Made by a program: the position numbers and the translations under genes. Of a stretch of DNA of 28,508 nt, positions 9,522 to 20,072 are shown piece after piece. This stretch comes from a virus. Taxonomy: Duplodnaviria; Caudoviricetes. Under the pieces are notes generated by a model. The model was not told the origin of the DNA, searched no databases, and saw only the letters and a list, made by a program, of their open reading frames with translations. Every line of letters starts with the position of its first letter. The first letter of the stretch is position 1. The stretch spans positions 1-28,508 of the IMG/VR virus record IMGVR_UViG_3300032314_000061, one strand, 5' to 3'.

Positions 9522-9554
9522 GGGGAGGGGAGAAATCCCCTCTCTACTAATTTT
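9522..9554 (+). terminator. Hairpin terminator after capsid gene (T-phi-like position)
   Basis: GGGGAGGGGA-GAAA-TCCCCTCTCT stem with GNRA loop, followed by ACTAATTTT; the U tail is weak. Confidence 0.65.
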
Positions 9555-9565
9555 AAAAATAAATA

Positions 9566-10180
9566 ATGCCATTAACAGCAACATCAAAACTAGAATCCGT
9601 TAACACTATGTTAACAGCTATCGGGGAAATACCCGTATCTAGCATTACATCTGCAACAACAAATGATGTTTCAATAGCCATAAGTATTTTAGAGTCTACT
9701 TCAAGAGAAGTACAATCTCGAGGATGGTTTTTTAATACAGATTTAAATTATAGTTTAGTACCTAATAATAATAACGAAATAGAATTACCAGCTAACACAC
9801 TTAGAGTTGAACTAGAAGGTTCATCAAGAAGTAAAAATTACGTTGAAAGAAATCGAAAACTTTACGACAGATATAATAATACTTTTACAATTTCTGATTC
9901 AGTAAAAGTAACAATAGTTTTTTATTTAGAATTTGAAAATATCCCAGAAGTAGCACGTCAATATATTACAATAAGAGCAGCAAGAATATTTCAAGACAGA
10001 ATGTTAGTTTCTTCTGAACTACATAAATTTCATGAAATTGATGAGTTACAAGCTTACATGGCTCTTAAAGAAGCAGAAGGTGATATTGGTCGCCACAATA
10101 TTTTAACAGGCAACTACGATGTCTACAGAATTTTGGACAGAGCAAATTATCAACCTAATAAAAACGAATATAATGAATAA
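9566..10180 (+). CDS. gp11: Tail tubular protein A
   Basis: LESVNTML.AIGE.PV, SREVQS.GW.FN, F..IPE.AR.YI..RAAR.FQ. Confidence 0.93.
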   Translation: MPLTATSKLESVNTMLTAIGEIPVSSITSATTNDVSIAISILESTSREVQSRGWFFNTDLNYSLVPNNNNEIELPANTLRVELEGSSRSKNYVERNRKLYDRYNNTFTISDSVKVTIVFYLEFENIPEVARQYITIRAARIFQDRMLVSSELHKFHEIDELQAYMALKEAEGDIGRHNILTGNYDVYRILDRANYQPNKNEYNE

Positions 10181-12573
10181 TGGCTTCACGATTAATCTCA
10201 TCTTCAATACCAAATTTATTAAATGGGGTTTCTCAACAAGCTGATACAGTAAGGCTTCCTAATCAATTTGAAATTCAAGAAAACGCATTATCTGATGTTG
10301 TTTTTGGTTTAGGTAAAAGACCTCCAACAGAACACATTTCTAAATTAAGTAACGCTACTAACACTAATAGCAAAATACACATTATAAATAGAGATTCAGA
10401 AGAACAGTATGTTGTTATTATTACTAACGGTGGAATTAAAGTTTACGATTTAGAAGGTGTAGAAAAAACAGTTGTTGCACCATCTTTATCTTATTTAAAT
10501 TCAACAAGTCCAATTTTAGATATTAATTGTGTTACTGTTGCTGATTATACTTTTATAGTTAATAAAGAAGTAGTTGTAACAAAATCTGGCTCATTAACAG
10601 CAACAAGACCAGCAGAAGCTTTATTCTATATAAAGAATGGTCAATATAAAACTACTTACGAAATTAAAATAGATGGAAGTACAGTAGCTAGTTATCAAAC
10701 CTTAGATAATTCAAATTCTTCAAACTCATCATCAATAACTACTGATAACATAACTACAGAGTTATATAACGATTTAGTGTCTGCATTTCCAAGTGGCTAC
10801 ACAATAGTTAAAGACGGTTCAATAATATATTTTTCTAAAAACACAGGAACATTTACAGCGTCAGTTAGTGATGGTCTTGGTGGTGATGGTTTAATTTTAG
10901 TTAAAGATAAAACAAATAGTTTTACAGATTTACCATACAAAGGTTATCAAGATTTTACAGTTGAAATAACTGGAGATAATGGCACTCAATACGATAATTA
11001 TTTTGTTAAATGGAGTGGAACAGCGTGGGTTGAAACTGTTAAAGGTGGTTTAGATAATTCACTTAATCCAGCAACACTACCTCACTTATTAATTAGAACT
11101 TCAGATGGTAACTTTAGATTTACTAAAGCCGATGGTTCAAGCTATACGGTTGGTGCTAACACATCAACAGTACCAACTTATAATCCTAGAACTTGCGGTG
11201 ATAGTGACACTGCCCCTGACCCAAGTTTTGTTGGTAGTGCTATAGCTGATGTTTTCTTTTATAGAAATAGACTTGGAATTTTATCTAATGAAAATGTTGT
11301 ATTTTCAAAAGCTGGAGAATTTTTTACTTTCTACCCAGAAACAGTAACTACAGTTTTAGACGATGACGCTATTGATATTTCTGTTTCTCACAACAGAGTT
11401 TCAAATTTAAAATATGCAGTAGCTTTAAATGAAGAATTATTATTATTTTCAGATCAAACACAATTTTTATTAAAACCAGAAGAAACATTAACAGCTAAAA
11501 CAGTTTCTATTAACCAAGCAACAGAATATGAAATTGACCCTAACTGTCAGCCAATACCAATTGGTCAAAATGTTTATTTCTCATTTAAACGAGGAAACTT
11601 TGCTGGTGTTAAAGAGTATTTTTTATCGGCTGATTTACAAACAAAAGAAGCTTTAGATACAACAATAAATATCCCTAGATATATGAAGGGTCAGTTGTAT
11701 GCTTTAAGAGGTTCTACTACTGAAAATACGATATTTGCTTTTGGTAGTGGAGAAAGAAATGCAATTTATGTTTATAAATTCTATTTTGATAATCAGAATA
11801 AAGCACTACAAAGAAGTTGGTCTAAATATACGTTTCCAACTGGTACAGTAATTTTAGATGGTGCTGCAATAGAGAATTATTTTTATATAGTTATTAAAAG
11901 AGCAGACGGAACATATTTAGAAAAGATAAATTTAAAAACTAATGAAGTTGATACTAACTTAAATTTTCCAGTATTATTAGACAGAAAAACTTTAGTAACT
12001 GGAGTTTATAACTCAAGTACAAATATTACTACTTGGACGCTTCCTTATCCAGATACAAATACTAAATCTATTGTTCTAAGTGGAGATTGGAATTCTACAA
12101 TGAGAGGTAGAAATATTGCTGTATCATCATCAACGTCTACTACAGTAACTGCACTTGGAGATTTTTCTACAGCACCTGCTTTTATAGGTTTAAATTATAA
12201 TATGAAATTTAAATTCTCTACTCTTTATTTAAGAGAGCAGAAATCAACTGGAACTACAGCAACTATTAGTACAGGTAGATTACAACTTAAAAAGATAAAT
12301 TTAATTTATGCTGATACTGGATATTTTAAAGTAACTTTAAGTCCTAGAGCAAGGACAGATTCTGTATTTGCATTTACAGGTCAAATATTAGGTTCTGCAG
12401 CATTTATATTAGGTCAACCTATTCTTGAAAGCGGAGAATTTAAATGTCCAATTCAATGTAGAAATACAGATGTAGAAATACAAATAGATAGCGATAGCTA
12501 TTTACCGTGTAATTTTTTATCAGCAGAGTGGGAAGCTTTGTATTCAACAATCTCTCAAAGATCACCTGCGTAA
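10180..12573 (+). CDS. gp12: Tail tubular protein B (nozzle)
   Basis: SIPNLLNGVSQQ, GLGKRPP, TVADYTFIVN, PSFVG..I.DVFFYRNRLG, GRLQL; 797 aa. Confidence 0.95.
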   Translation: MASRLISSSIPNLLNGVSQQADTVRLPNQFEIQENALSDVVFGLGKRPPTEHISKLSNATNTNSKIHIINRDSEEQYVVIITNGGIKVYDLEGVEKTVVAPSLSYLNSTSPILDINCVTVADYTFIVNKEVVVTKSGSLTATRPAEALFYIKNGQYKTTYEIKIDGSTVASYQTLDNSNSSNSSSITTDNITTELYNDLVSAFPSGYTIVKDGSIIYFSKNTGTFTASVSDGLGGDGLILVKDKTNSFTDLPYKGYQDFTVEITGDNGTQYDNYFVKWSGTAWVETVKGGLDNSLNPATLPHLLIRTSDGNFRFTKADGSSYTVGANTSTVPTYNPRTCGDSDTAPDPSFVGSAIADVFFYRNRLGILSNENVVFSKAGEFFTFYPETVTTVLDDDAIDISVSHNRVSNLKYAVALNEELLLFSDQTQFLLKPEETLTAKTVSINQATEYEIDPNCQPIPIGQNVYFSFKRGNFAGVKEYFLSADLQTKEALDTTINIPRYMKGQLYALRGSTTENTIFAFGSGERNAIYVYKFYFDNQNKALQRSWSKYTFPTGTVILDGAAIENYFYIVIKRADGTYLEKINLKTNEVDTNLNFPVLLDRKTLVTGVYNSSTNITTWTLPYPDTNTKSIVLSGDWNSTMRGRNIAVSSSTSTTVTALGDFSTAPAFIGLNYNMKFKFSTLYLREQKSTGTTATISTGRLQLKKINLIYADTGYFKVTLSPRARTDSVFAFTGQILGSAAFILGQPILESGEFKCPIQCRNTDVEIQIDSDSYLPCNFLSAEWEALYSTISQRSPA

Positions 12574-13040
12574 TGATTGTTGAAAGAGTTACGGAAGAAA
12601 AAGATATTTTAGATTTAGTTAAAAATATAAGAAAACCAGATTATGAAGAAGTTAAAACAATAAGTAATTCTGAAAACATTTTAAACCCAATCATGGAAGG
12701 TTGGAAAAAAGCATCTTATTCAAAAACTTTTTTAGTAAATGATAAAGTTGCTGGAGTTTATGGAGTTGTTGGCTCTATTGATAATAAACAAGCTGGTTCT
12801 CCTTATTTATTATGTACTAACGAGTTATACAAAATTAAAAAAACATTCATTAAGAATTGTAAAGATAGAGTTGAGGAAATGCTGTTTAGATTTCCAATAC
12901 TTTTTAATTACATAGATAGTAGAAATGCCGTCCACTTACAGTGGATTAAATATTGTGGATTTCAATTAGTTCACGACAAAATAATTAACAAAATCAAATT
13001 TCACGGATTTTTAAAAAAGAGAGAGGAAAATTATAATTAA
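12573..13040 (+). CDS. Internal virion protein A-like (gp13; GNAT-like fold)
   Basis: Likely start is ATG 12573 (TAATG overlap), not 12528; L.NYID.RN..H..W.K.CGF motif; syntenic with T7 gp13. Confidence 0.75.
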   Translation: MIVERVTEEKDILDLVKNIRKPDYEEVKTISNSENILNPIMEGWKKASYSKTFLVNDKVAGVYGVVGSIDNKQAGSPYLLCTNELYKIKKTFIKNCKDRVEEMLFRFPILFNYIDSRNAVHLQWIKYCGFQLVHDKIINKIKFHGFLKKREENYN

Positions 13041-13628
13041 ATGTGTGGTTACGCAGAAGCAGCATATGCTGCATTTCAATTTGTAAAGGCTAACGCTGAT
13101 TATAACACAGCAAAAAGTTCGGCTGACTATACAAATCAAACAGCAGTCTCTACAGCTGAAAAAATTAGAAACGAAGCTATCTATTCAGATAACGAGCAAA
13201 TTCGTAAAAAAGATACTGATGTTAAATCATTAGCACTTAAAAAATTACAAGTACAAACAGCTGAAAAGCAAAAAGAAGCTACAGCTAAAGTAGGATTTGG
13301 AGAAAAAGGAATTGGTGGAAATTCAGTAGATTTAGTTCTTGGGGATGTTTCAAGACAAGCTGGAAATATCTACAACACACTAGATTTAAATTATATGTCT
13401 ACAATCCAAGCTAACGATGCACAAAGAAATTCTGATAATCGTAAATATCAAAACCAAGTATTAGCTTTACCTAGAGCATACCAACCTAATGCTATGAGTT
13501 ATTATAGTGGTGCAGCGTTAAGTTCAGCACTGTTTGCATTTCAAGCTTCAGCACCAAATTCAGGTGCTCAACAGTTAAATACTAAGATTGATAATTTCTT
13601 ATACCCGCCAAACCCTAATATGTCATAA
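13041..13628 (+). CDS. Internal virion protein B-like (gp14)
   Basis: MC start, Ala/Gln-rich helical protein with G..GNSV motif, ~195 aa, syntenic. Confidence 0.7.
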   Translation: MCGYAEAAYAAFQFVKANADYNTAKSSADYTNQTAVSTAEKIRNEAIYSDNEQIRKKDTDVKSLALKKLQVQTAEKQKEATAKVGFGEKGIGGNSVDLVLGDVSRQAGNIYNTLDLNYMSTIQANDAQRNSDNRKYQNQVLALPRAYQPNAMSYYSGAALSSALFAFQASAPNSGAQQLNTKIDNFLYPPNPNMS

Positions 13629-15718
13629 TGCCAAAAATACCAATTAATACAAATTTAGGAATAGATGTTTCTTTAACATCTCCCGCAGCAGTAACTGGAA
13701 TTTCAGTTTCAACGCCGTCTGAGCCAAAAGGCAAAGATGAGTTTGCTGTATTGTCAGACATTTTAAAAGAAATTAATCCAGCAGTAAAATCTTCAGCAGC
13801 GATGGCTGCAGATCGACAAGCTAAGGATGATATTGCAATAGGGGTTAATAAAATTAATTCCATGACTCGTGAAGAAGCAATGGCAGCTCACGAAAAAGGA
13901 TTTCCAGATGTTTATAACGGATGGGTTAGATATGGAATGTACGCACAACAAGCTGAAAATTCAGCTGAGATGTTCCACGACTCTTTTAGACTTCAGTCTA
14001 TGCAGCAGAGAGCAACAAATCCTAACTATAACTGGGAACAGGATTACGCAGAACAATCTAAAATTTATTTACAAGGAAAAGAAAACGACCCGTTTTGGAA
14101 TAAAGCTTTTGCAAAATCTAGTGAAGAAAACAGAAAAGTAATTTTAGCAAATGAATTTGCTTATCAAAGCGATCAAATTAAATCTATGGTTGCCGCTGGT
14201 ACTGTTCAGATGCTTAGATCAGTTCCAGATAAAATCACAGCTAAGATGGAAGCTGATTTCTTTCAACAAAACCCAGTTACAACTGGAGATGATACATATA
14301 ATCAAAGAAAATCTAAATTCTTTACTGATAATTATTTTAAATATTTTTATGATGAAGTAGAAAAAATTAAAGCTGAAAGAAATGTTGGTATTACTAAAAC
14401 AGATTTTGATTCTTTAATAATTGCAGCTGCAGAAGCCCATACTTTAGAAGGCGGTAAATACTCTCAATTATGGGGTAATTATTTAAGAAGTGCAAGACCA
14501 GATGGAACTCCTGCAATATCTGATAATCCAAAATATATTGATAAAATAGGAAGAATTTTAGGAGATTTAAATAAAATTTCAGAAGCTGCTGCCTTTGGTA
14601 ATGATTTAAGAAAGGCGAGTACAAATAAATACAGTGATGCAGATTACAAAAAGTATTCTAATGAATATTTCAATAATGCAGTTGTACAGGCACAAACTTT
14701 AGGAAATTTAAAATTTGCAGATGCAACACTAGCTGTTGTTCAACAACATAAAAATGAAATAGCAAACAATAGACCAATTCCAATGCTTGTCGATATGTTA
14801 GACAGAGCTGTTGGTCAGGGTGGAGATACTGAAGATAACAAATTAAGTTTAGCTATTGCTAAAGAATTACATAACAGCGGTTCTTTATCTAGGTATTTAC
14901 CCGCAGAATCTAAAAATGCTCTTAAGTGGAACATGGCTGTGATTATGCTTCAAAAAGGAGAGCCAACCCAGAAGATATTTTCTGAATTAGCAAGAATTGA
15001 ACAAAGTTCTGTTTTTGTAAATTTAGATTCTAATGAAAAGAAATCTTTATTAAATATTTCTGGAAACCTACCAGCTAACATAGAATTATTTAACACAGTT
15101 GCTCAATACTACAAAAATGCTGGTGTTACTAATATAAATGATTTTACTAAAAAGTATGTTGAGCAAACATATTGGAAAGATGATGTAGGAAAATGGATTC
15201 CAAAATCTCATCTTATAGACTTTGGTGTTTCTAAAGAAAATTATCGTACGTACGAACAAACAGCATTTAAGATGTTACAAGAAACGTATAACGACCCTAC
15301 TAGAAATACACCTAATATTGGTGAAGATGCTGTTGATACGAGTATTCCTCAAACAATACCAAATTCTAACAACTATAAATTTACTATTAATAGTGAAGGT
15401 GGTTATGGCTACTTCACTAATGAAAGTGCATTAGGAGTTATAAGTCCAGTAATGGTTACTCAGTATGTATACGATAACACTGGTCGTAAAGTTTTATCTG
15501 AAGATGGTAAATCATATAAGCGAACTGAAATTATGCTTCAGATACCTTTGGATGCAATTAAGAAAAGAGTTGAAAAAGATGGTCAAGATAAAGCAATTCA
15601 AGATCGTATAAACGCTGCAAAACTAGATAAGCTACAAGAAGAAAAAAGAAAAGCACTTAAACTTTACCTTCAATCACAAGGTAGAGATGAAGAAACAATA
15701 TCTAAATATAAGTTTTAA
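13628..15718 (+). CDS. Internal virion protein C-like (gp15)
   Basis: 696-aa helical protein between gp14-like and gp16-like genes; called from synteny and size only. Confidence 0.65.
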   Translation: MPKIPINTNLGIDVSLTSPAAVTGISVSTPSEPKGKDEFAVLSDILKEINPAVKSSAAMAADRQAKDDIAIGVNKINSMTREEAMAAHEKGFPDVYNGWVRYGMYAQQAENSAEMFHDSFRLQSMQQRATNPNYNWEQDYAEQSKIYLQGKENDPFWNKAFAKSSEENRKVILANEFAYQSDQIKSMVAAGTVQMLRSVPDKITAKMEADFFQQNPVTTGDDTYNQRKSKFFTDNYFKYFYDEVEKIKAERNVGITKTDFDSLIIAAAEAHTLEGGKYSQLWGNYLRSARPDGTPAISDNPKYIDKIGRILGDLNKISEAAAFGNDLRKASTNKYSDADYKKYSNEYFNNAVVQAQTLGNLKFADATLAVVQQHKNEIANNRPIPMLVDMLDRAVGQGGDTEDNKLSLAIAKELHNSGSLSRYLPAESKNALKWNMAVIMLQKGEPTQKIFSELARIEQSSVFVNLDSNEKKSLLNISGNLPANIELFNTVAQYYKNAGVTNINDFTKKYVEQTYWKDDVGKWIPKSHLIDFGVSKENYRTYEQTAFKMLQETYNDPTRNTPNIGEDAVDTSIPQTIPNSNNYKFTINSEGGYGYFTNESALGVISPVMVTQYVYDNTGRKVLSEDGKSYKRTEIMLQIPLDAIKKRVEKDGQDKAIQDRINAAKLDKLQEEKRKALKLYLQSQGRDEETISKYKF

Positions 15719-18700
15719 ATGGCAAATATTAATTGGAGTTTTGTAGACCAACAAGAAGGGTCTGGAGTTACTATTGGTTATGTTCCAAAAACTGACAACG
15801 ATAAATCAGGAGTAACTATTGGAAGTGGTTTTGATTTAGGAAGCAAAACCGAAGAAACATTATCAAGATTAAATTTAAGTCCTGATATAATTAATGAATT
15901 AAAACCATACTTAGGATTACAAGGACAATCAGCTAGAGATGTAGCTGGAAATTTAAGATTAGAAAAAGAACAAGTATCGCAAATTGATTCAGCTTGGAAA
16001 GCTTCATTTACTAATGATTTATCTAGCTATTTCCAAAGAAATTCAGGAAAGCGATTTGACGATTTAGACCCATCTTTACAAACTATCGCAGCCTCTGTTG
16101 GTACTCAATATGGAGTAGATTTAAAAAATAGAACTCCTAAATTCTGGGAACATCTTGTTAATAATAATTTTGACGGTGTTATTGGTGAATTAAAAAACTT
16201 TAGAGATGACTTCCCAACTCGCAGAAATGCAGAGGCAAGTTATTTACTTACAGAGTTTAAAAAAAAAATACCTGATTACCAATTTGTAGATGCTTGGGCA
16301 AAACCCCAAGAACTTGGTGGAGAATTATATTTAGATAAAGCTTTAAAAACTTATCAAGCACAAGCCAATATTATTAATAATCAAAGAGAGATTGGTAACT
16401 TTGAAGCACTTGGTGCAGCAATGTCTAAAAACCAAATGCTACCACTTCTATACAGAACAATGGTTGCTGAAAGTTTTGAACCAGAAGAAAATTTCTCAAT
16501 GGCAAACAATAAAGAGTTTTTTGATTCTTTATTTAAAGAAAATAATATTAATAGTTCTTTTTATGATTACTTTGCTGGTGCTGTAAGCAAAGATCACGCT
16601 GTGGCTTTAGCACAGAGAGTTAAACAGGAACAAAAGAATATTGAAATTTTACAACAAGCAGGATTTAGAGGTTCAGTAATAGATTTTGCATCTTGGATGC
16701 TAGACCCAGTAACAATGGGAACAGGAATTGGTGTAACTTCAAAATTGGTAAAAGCATCAACTTTTATTCCTAATTTAAGTAGAACTCAAAATTTTCTAAG
16801 ATCAGGACTTCTTATTGGTGCTGAACAAGGTGTATTTACTTCTGCCTTAGCAGCGGAATCTCCTTCAATAAATGCCTTTGATGTCTTAACAGCAGCAGCT
16901 TTAGGGAGTGCTCTTGGAGGCGGTATCAATGTCTTATTACACGGTAAGATACAAAAAGTAGCTCAAGAAGCGTTTGATAACTCCATTAAAGAAACAAAAT
17001 TAACTAAAACTCCTAAAGGGGAATTAGAACTACCAACTTACAAAGACGACCCCGAATTTATAAAAACATTTAATGATGTTCATTTTGGAATTAATGAAAT
17101 TTCAAATACTGAAAGTGTTGGTAAAGGTAAAAACGTAATTACTTTAGGAATAATTCCAGCAACAAGACACGCTTCTTTAGATGGTAGTCCATCACAAGCG
17201 GTTAGACAGGCTGGTGCATTATTAGTTGAGAACCCAACATTTTGGGCAACAAAAGGAGAAAGTTATTCTAATAATAGAGTTGTTTCTTCTCCAATCACTG
17301 CTGAAATAGTAAAGACTAGAATTTTACAAACTGCACAAGCAGCCGTAGCACCAGATATTAACTCAGCGTTTGTTGAGTGGATGAAAGTTAATGGAACTAC
17401 CAAATTTCAAAGAGGTATTGGCGGTCAGATGTTCAACATGTCTGCCAGAGAAGCCTTTGCACAAAAAGTATTTAGAGCAATAAACGCAACTGACCCTTCA
17501 AATAAAAATGCGGTTGATAAATTATTACTTAAAGATCCTCACATTAAAAAGGCAGCTGATGCCTACGCAAGAGGTTATAGGTATATTGGTCAAGAAATAA
17601 AAAATGCTGGAATAGAAGGTTCTGACAGAATTAAACTTGATAACATAAGTAAGAACGCTGACGGAACTGATAATGTTCAACCAATAACTTGGTATCAACC
17701 TCAAGTATGGTCTTTTGATAATTTTATTAATATTCATAAAATGGTTGGTGCTGATGGTAAACCCATTGGTTCTCAAGGAATACTTGAATTAATAAAAGGT
17801 GCAATTTTAAGTAAGCAACCTTATTTAGCTAAACAAAGCGACCTAGCAACTTTAATAGGTCAAAAAGATGTTAAACCAAATTTTGTTGAGTTAAATAAAG
17901 TTAACCAAGTTGTTAAACTAGAAGAAATTAAAACTCTTAAAGAAAAATTAAAACTTGAAAAAGAGTTTTTAAAGAAAGAAAAAGAAAATCTTGTAGTTGA
18001 TACTAATGGTAATGTTGTTCAAGATCGTTTGGCATCCAGAAAAGAAAACATTAAACAGATTCAAGAACAGATTAAAAAATTAGATACTGAAGTTAAAGAC
18101 GCACAGGTTAAATTAGAAAAAGATTTTATAGCTAAGGGCGAAAAAGAAGTTATAGCAGATATAACTCCAGAACGTGCTACAGCAATGGCTTCTGCTATTG
18201 TTAAATTCTTAGAGCATAGTCATACAAAAGCTAACGGATTTGATCTTAAGCAACTTTTAAAGATGAAAGATGTAAGTGAACTTAGAGTTTACTTAGATAC
18301 TGAATTTAAAAGTATGTCAGCGACTACTAAAGAAAAGCTTATAGCTGACTTAGGTAATTCAATGGACTTCATTACTTCTGGAAGATTAGAAGAAAGAATT
18401 AAATTAAATTCAAATTACGAAGCAGTTATTAATGGCGTTAAATTAAGATTAGACGACTTATTAAATCGTAACTCTGACGGCTTATGGAATAATTACGTAA
18501 GCGAAATGAGTGGTCATATAGGGCTAGGTAAAGTTTTAGGATTAAAAAGTAAAAACGACTGGTACAGATACTTAGACAGTCTTAAGTCCGATATAGAATT
18601 ATCTTACAGAGCAAAAGAAACTGAAGGTCTTAAAGGCTGGAGAAATAAAATATTTAAAGACGAAGAATTAAAAACATTAGATAGCATTTACGAACATCTA

Positions 18701-20044
18701 ATGGGTAGATCTGGAGAAGAAGATTTGTCTGGTGGTTTTTCTACAGCGTTGAGAAATTTAAGATCATTCAACTTTATGCGAGTTCTAGGTCAAGTAGGAT
18801 TAAGTTCACTTCCTGACTTAGGTTCTTTAGTTGCCACAAACGGATTAAAAGCATTTGCTCAAGCGATACCTGAATTCAAAAATTTAGCTAGTGAAGTAAG
18901 AGCTGGTAAAGGAATATCTAATAATGCTCTTAGAGATTTAGCTGTTATTGGAAACAGTAACGGAGATGAGTGGGCTTGGAGATTGACAGGCGGTCAAGAA
19001 ATGCTTGATACAAACACAGCACTTACTCAAGTAGCTTCTGGTGGTTCATTTAGAAAAATTGGAGAAAAAGTTACAGCAGTAGCTTCATTACAAATTCCTA
19101 TCGATTCTTATTTAAGAAAAATGGCAATGAGAACTTATATAGATAAGTTTGCCACGGATATGGTTGCAGTTAAAAATGCAAATTTTGATTTAAGTGTTCT
19201 TGGAAAAGGCGATTTAAATAGATACAAAGTTTTAGGATTAACAGATAAGCAACTAAAAGATTTAGCTAAAGAATTTACATCACCAGCAGTAACTACAGAA
19301 GTTACATCAGTTGGTGGAATTAAAGTTAATAGATTTAACTGGGCAGAATTTAAAGATAAAGATTTATTAAATTCATTTTCTTATGCAGTAGATAGAAATG
19401 TAAAAAGAGCTGTTCAATACAATTTTATTGGAGACAGTAATCGTTTCTTTTCTGACACAGCTATAGGTAAAACTATAGGTCAATTTAGATCATTCATGAT
19501 GGTAGCTTGGAATAAACAGCTACTTTACAATTTACACATGGGAGACTTTAAAGCCTATTCCATATTTGGATTAGGAACTTTAGTCGCTGGTATGACTTAC
19601 ATGGGTCAAACACATCTAAACTCAATAGGTATGGATGATGAAACTAAACGTAAATATTTTGAAAAACGCTTTGGAGATTCTGATGAAGCTTTCTGGAGAA
19701 AAGTAGGAATGGCTGCTTTTCAAAGAGCAGGATTTTCTTCAGCAGTACCAGCTTTCGCTGATATGATTTTAGGAGTAACTGCACCAGATTATAGATTTAA
19801 TTCAAGAACAAGTGGTCTTGAAGTTAATTTAATTACTGGAAACCCAACTTATAACTTTTTGTCAGACGCATTTGGAGTTGGCGGTTCATTACTAAAAGCT
19901 ATGGCTAGAGATGATTATGATTGGTCTCAAGTAGATGCAAGACGATTGGTAGGATTACCAATGTTTAAAAATCTATATGGAATTCAAAACATGACTAACT
20001 GGTTAATAGGTCAATCAGGGTTGCCAGAAACTGGCGGTAGATAA
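15719..20044 (+). CDS. gp16: Internal virion protein D-like (gp16) with N-terminal pesticin/lysozyme-type muramidase domain
   Basis: 1441 aa, immediately before tail fibre; N-terminus F...QEG....GYVP.....SGVTIGSGFDLG ... L.PYLGL.G ... RR..EA.YL. Confidence 0.8.
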   Translation: MANINWSFVDQQEGSGVTIGYVPKTDNDKSGVTIGSGFDLGSKTEETLSRLNLSPDIINELKPYLGLQGQSARDVAGNLRLEKEQVSQIDSAWKASFTNDLSSYFQRNSGKRFDDLDPSLQTIAASVGTQYGVDLKNRTPKFWEHLVNNNFDGVIGELKNFRDDFPTRRNAEASYLLTEFKKKIPDYQFVDAWAKPQELGGELYLDKALKTYQAQANIINNQREIGNFEALGAAMSKNQMLPLLYRTMVAESFEPEENFSMANNKEFFDSLFKENNINSSFYDYFAGAVSKDHAVALAQRVKQEQKNIEILQQAGFRGSVIDFASWMLDPVTMGTGIGVTSKLVKASTFIPNLSRTQNFLRSGLLIGAEQGVFTSALAAESPSINAFDVLTAAALGSALGGGINVLLHGKIQKVAQEAFDNSIKETKLTKTPKGELELPTYKDDPEFIKTFNDVHFGINEISNTESVGKGKNVITLGIIPATRHASLDGSPSQAVRQAGALLVENPTFWATKGESYSNNRVVSSPITAEIVKTRILQTAQAAVAPDINSAFVEWMKVNGTTKFQRGIGGQMFNMSAREAFAQKVFRAINATDPSNKNAVDKLLLKDPHIKKAADAYARGYRYIGQEIKNAGIEGSDRIKLDNISKNADGTDNVQPITWYQPQVWSFDNFINIHKMVGADGKPIGSQGILELIKGAILSKQPYLAKQSDLATLIGQKDVKPNFVELNKVNQVVKLEEIKTLKEKLKLEKEFLKKEKENLVVDTNGNVVQDRLASRKENIKQIQEQIKKLDTEVKDAQVKLEKDFIAKGEKEVIADITPERATAMASAIVKFLEHSHTKANGFDLKQLLKMKDVSELRVYLDTEFKSMSATTKEKLIADLGNSMDFITSGRLEERIKLNSNYEAVINGVKLRLDDLLNRNSDGLWNNYVSEMSGHIGLGKVLGLKSKNDWYRYLDSLKSDIELSYRAKETEGLKGWRNKIFKDEELKTLDSIYEHLMGRSGEEDLSGGFSTALRNLRSFNFMRVLGQVGLSSLPDLGSLVATNGLKAFAQAIPEFKNLASEVRAGKGISNNALRDLAVIGNSNGDEWAWRLTGGQEMLDTNTALTQVASGGSFRKIGEKVTAVASLQIPIDSYLRKMAMRTYIDKFATDMVAVKNANFDLSVLGKGDLNRYKVLGLTDKQLKDLAKEFTSPAVTTEVTSVGGIKVNRFNWAEFKDKDLLNSFSYAVDRNVKRAVQYNFIGDSNRFFSDTAIGKTIGQFRSFMMVAWNKQLLYNLHMGDFKAYSIFGLGTLVAGMTYMGQTHLNSIGMDDETKRKYFEKRFGDSDEAFWRKVGMAAFQRAGFSSAVPAFADMILGVTAPDYRFNSRTSGLEVNLITGNPTYNFLSDAFGVGGSLLKAMARDDYDWSQVDARRLVGLPMFKNLYGIQNMTNWLIGQSGLPETGGR

Positions 20045-20072
20045 AATTAAAAATAACAAAAATAAAATATAA

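Noticed and set aside
13615-17776. Short alternate-frame and antisense ORFs inside gp15/gp16 (13615, 13869, 14151, 14394, 15222, 16392, 17525)
   Set aside because: Typical codon-bias shadows nested in long genes.
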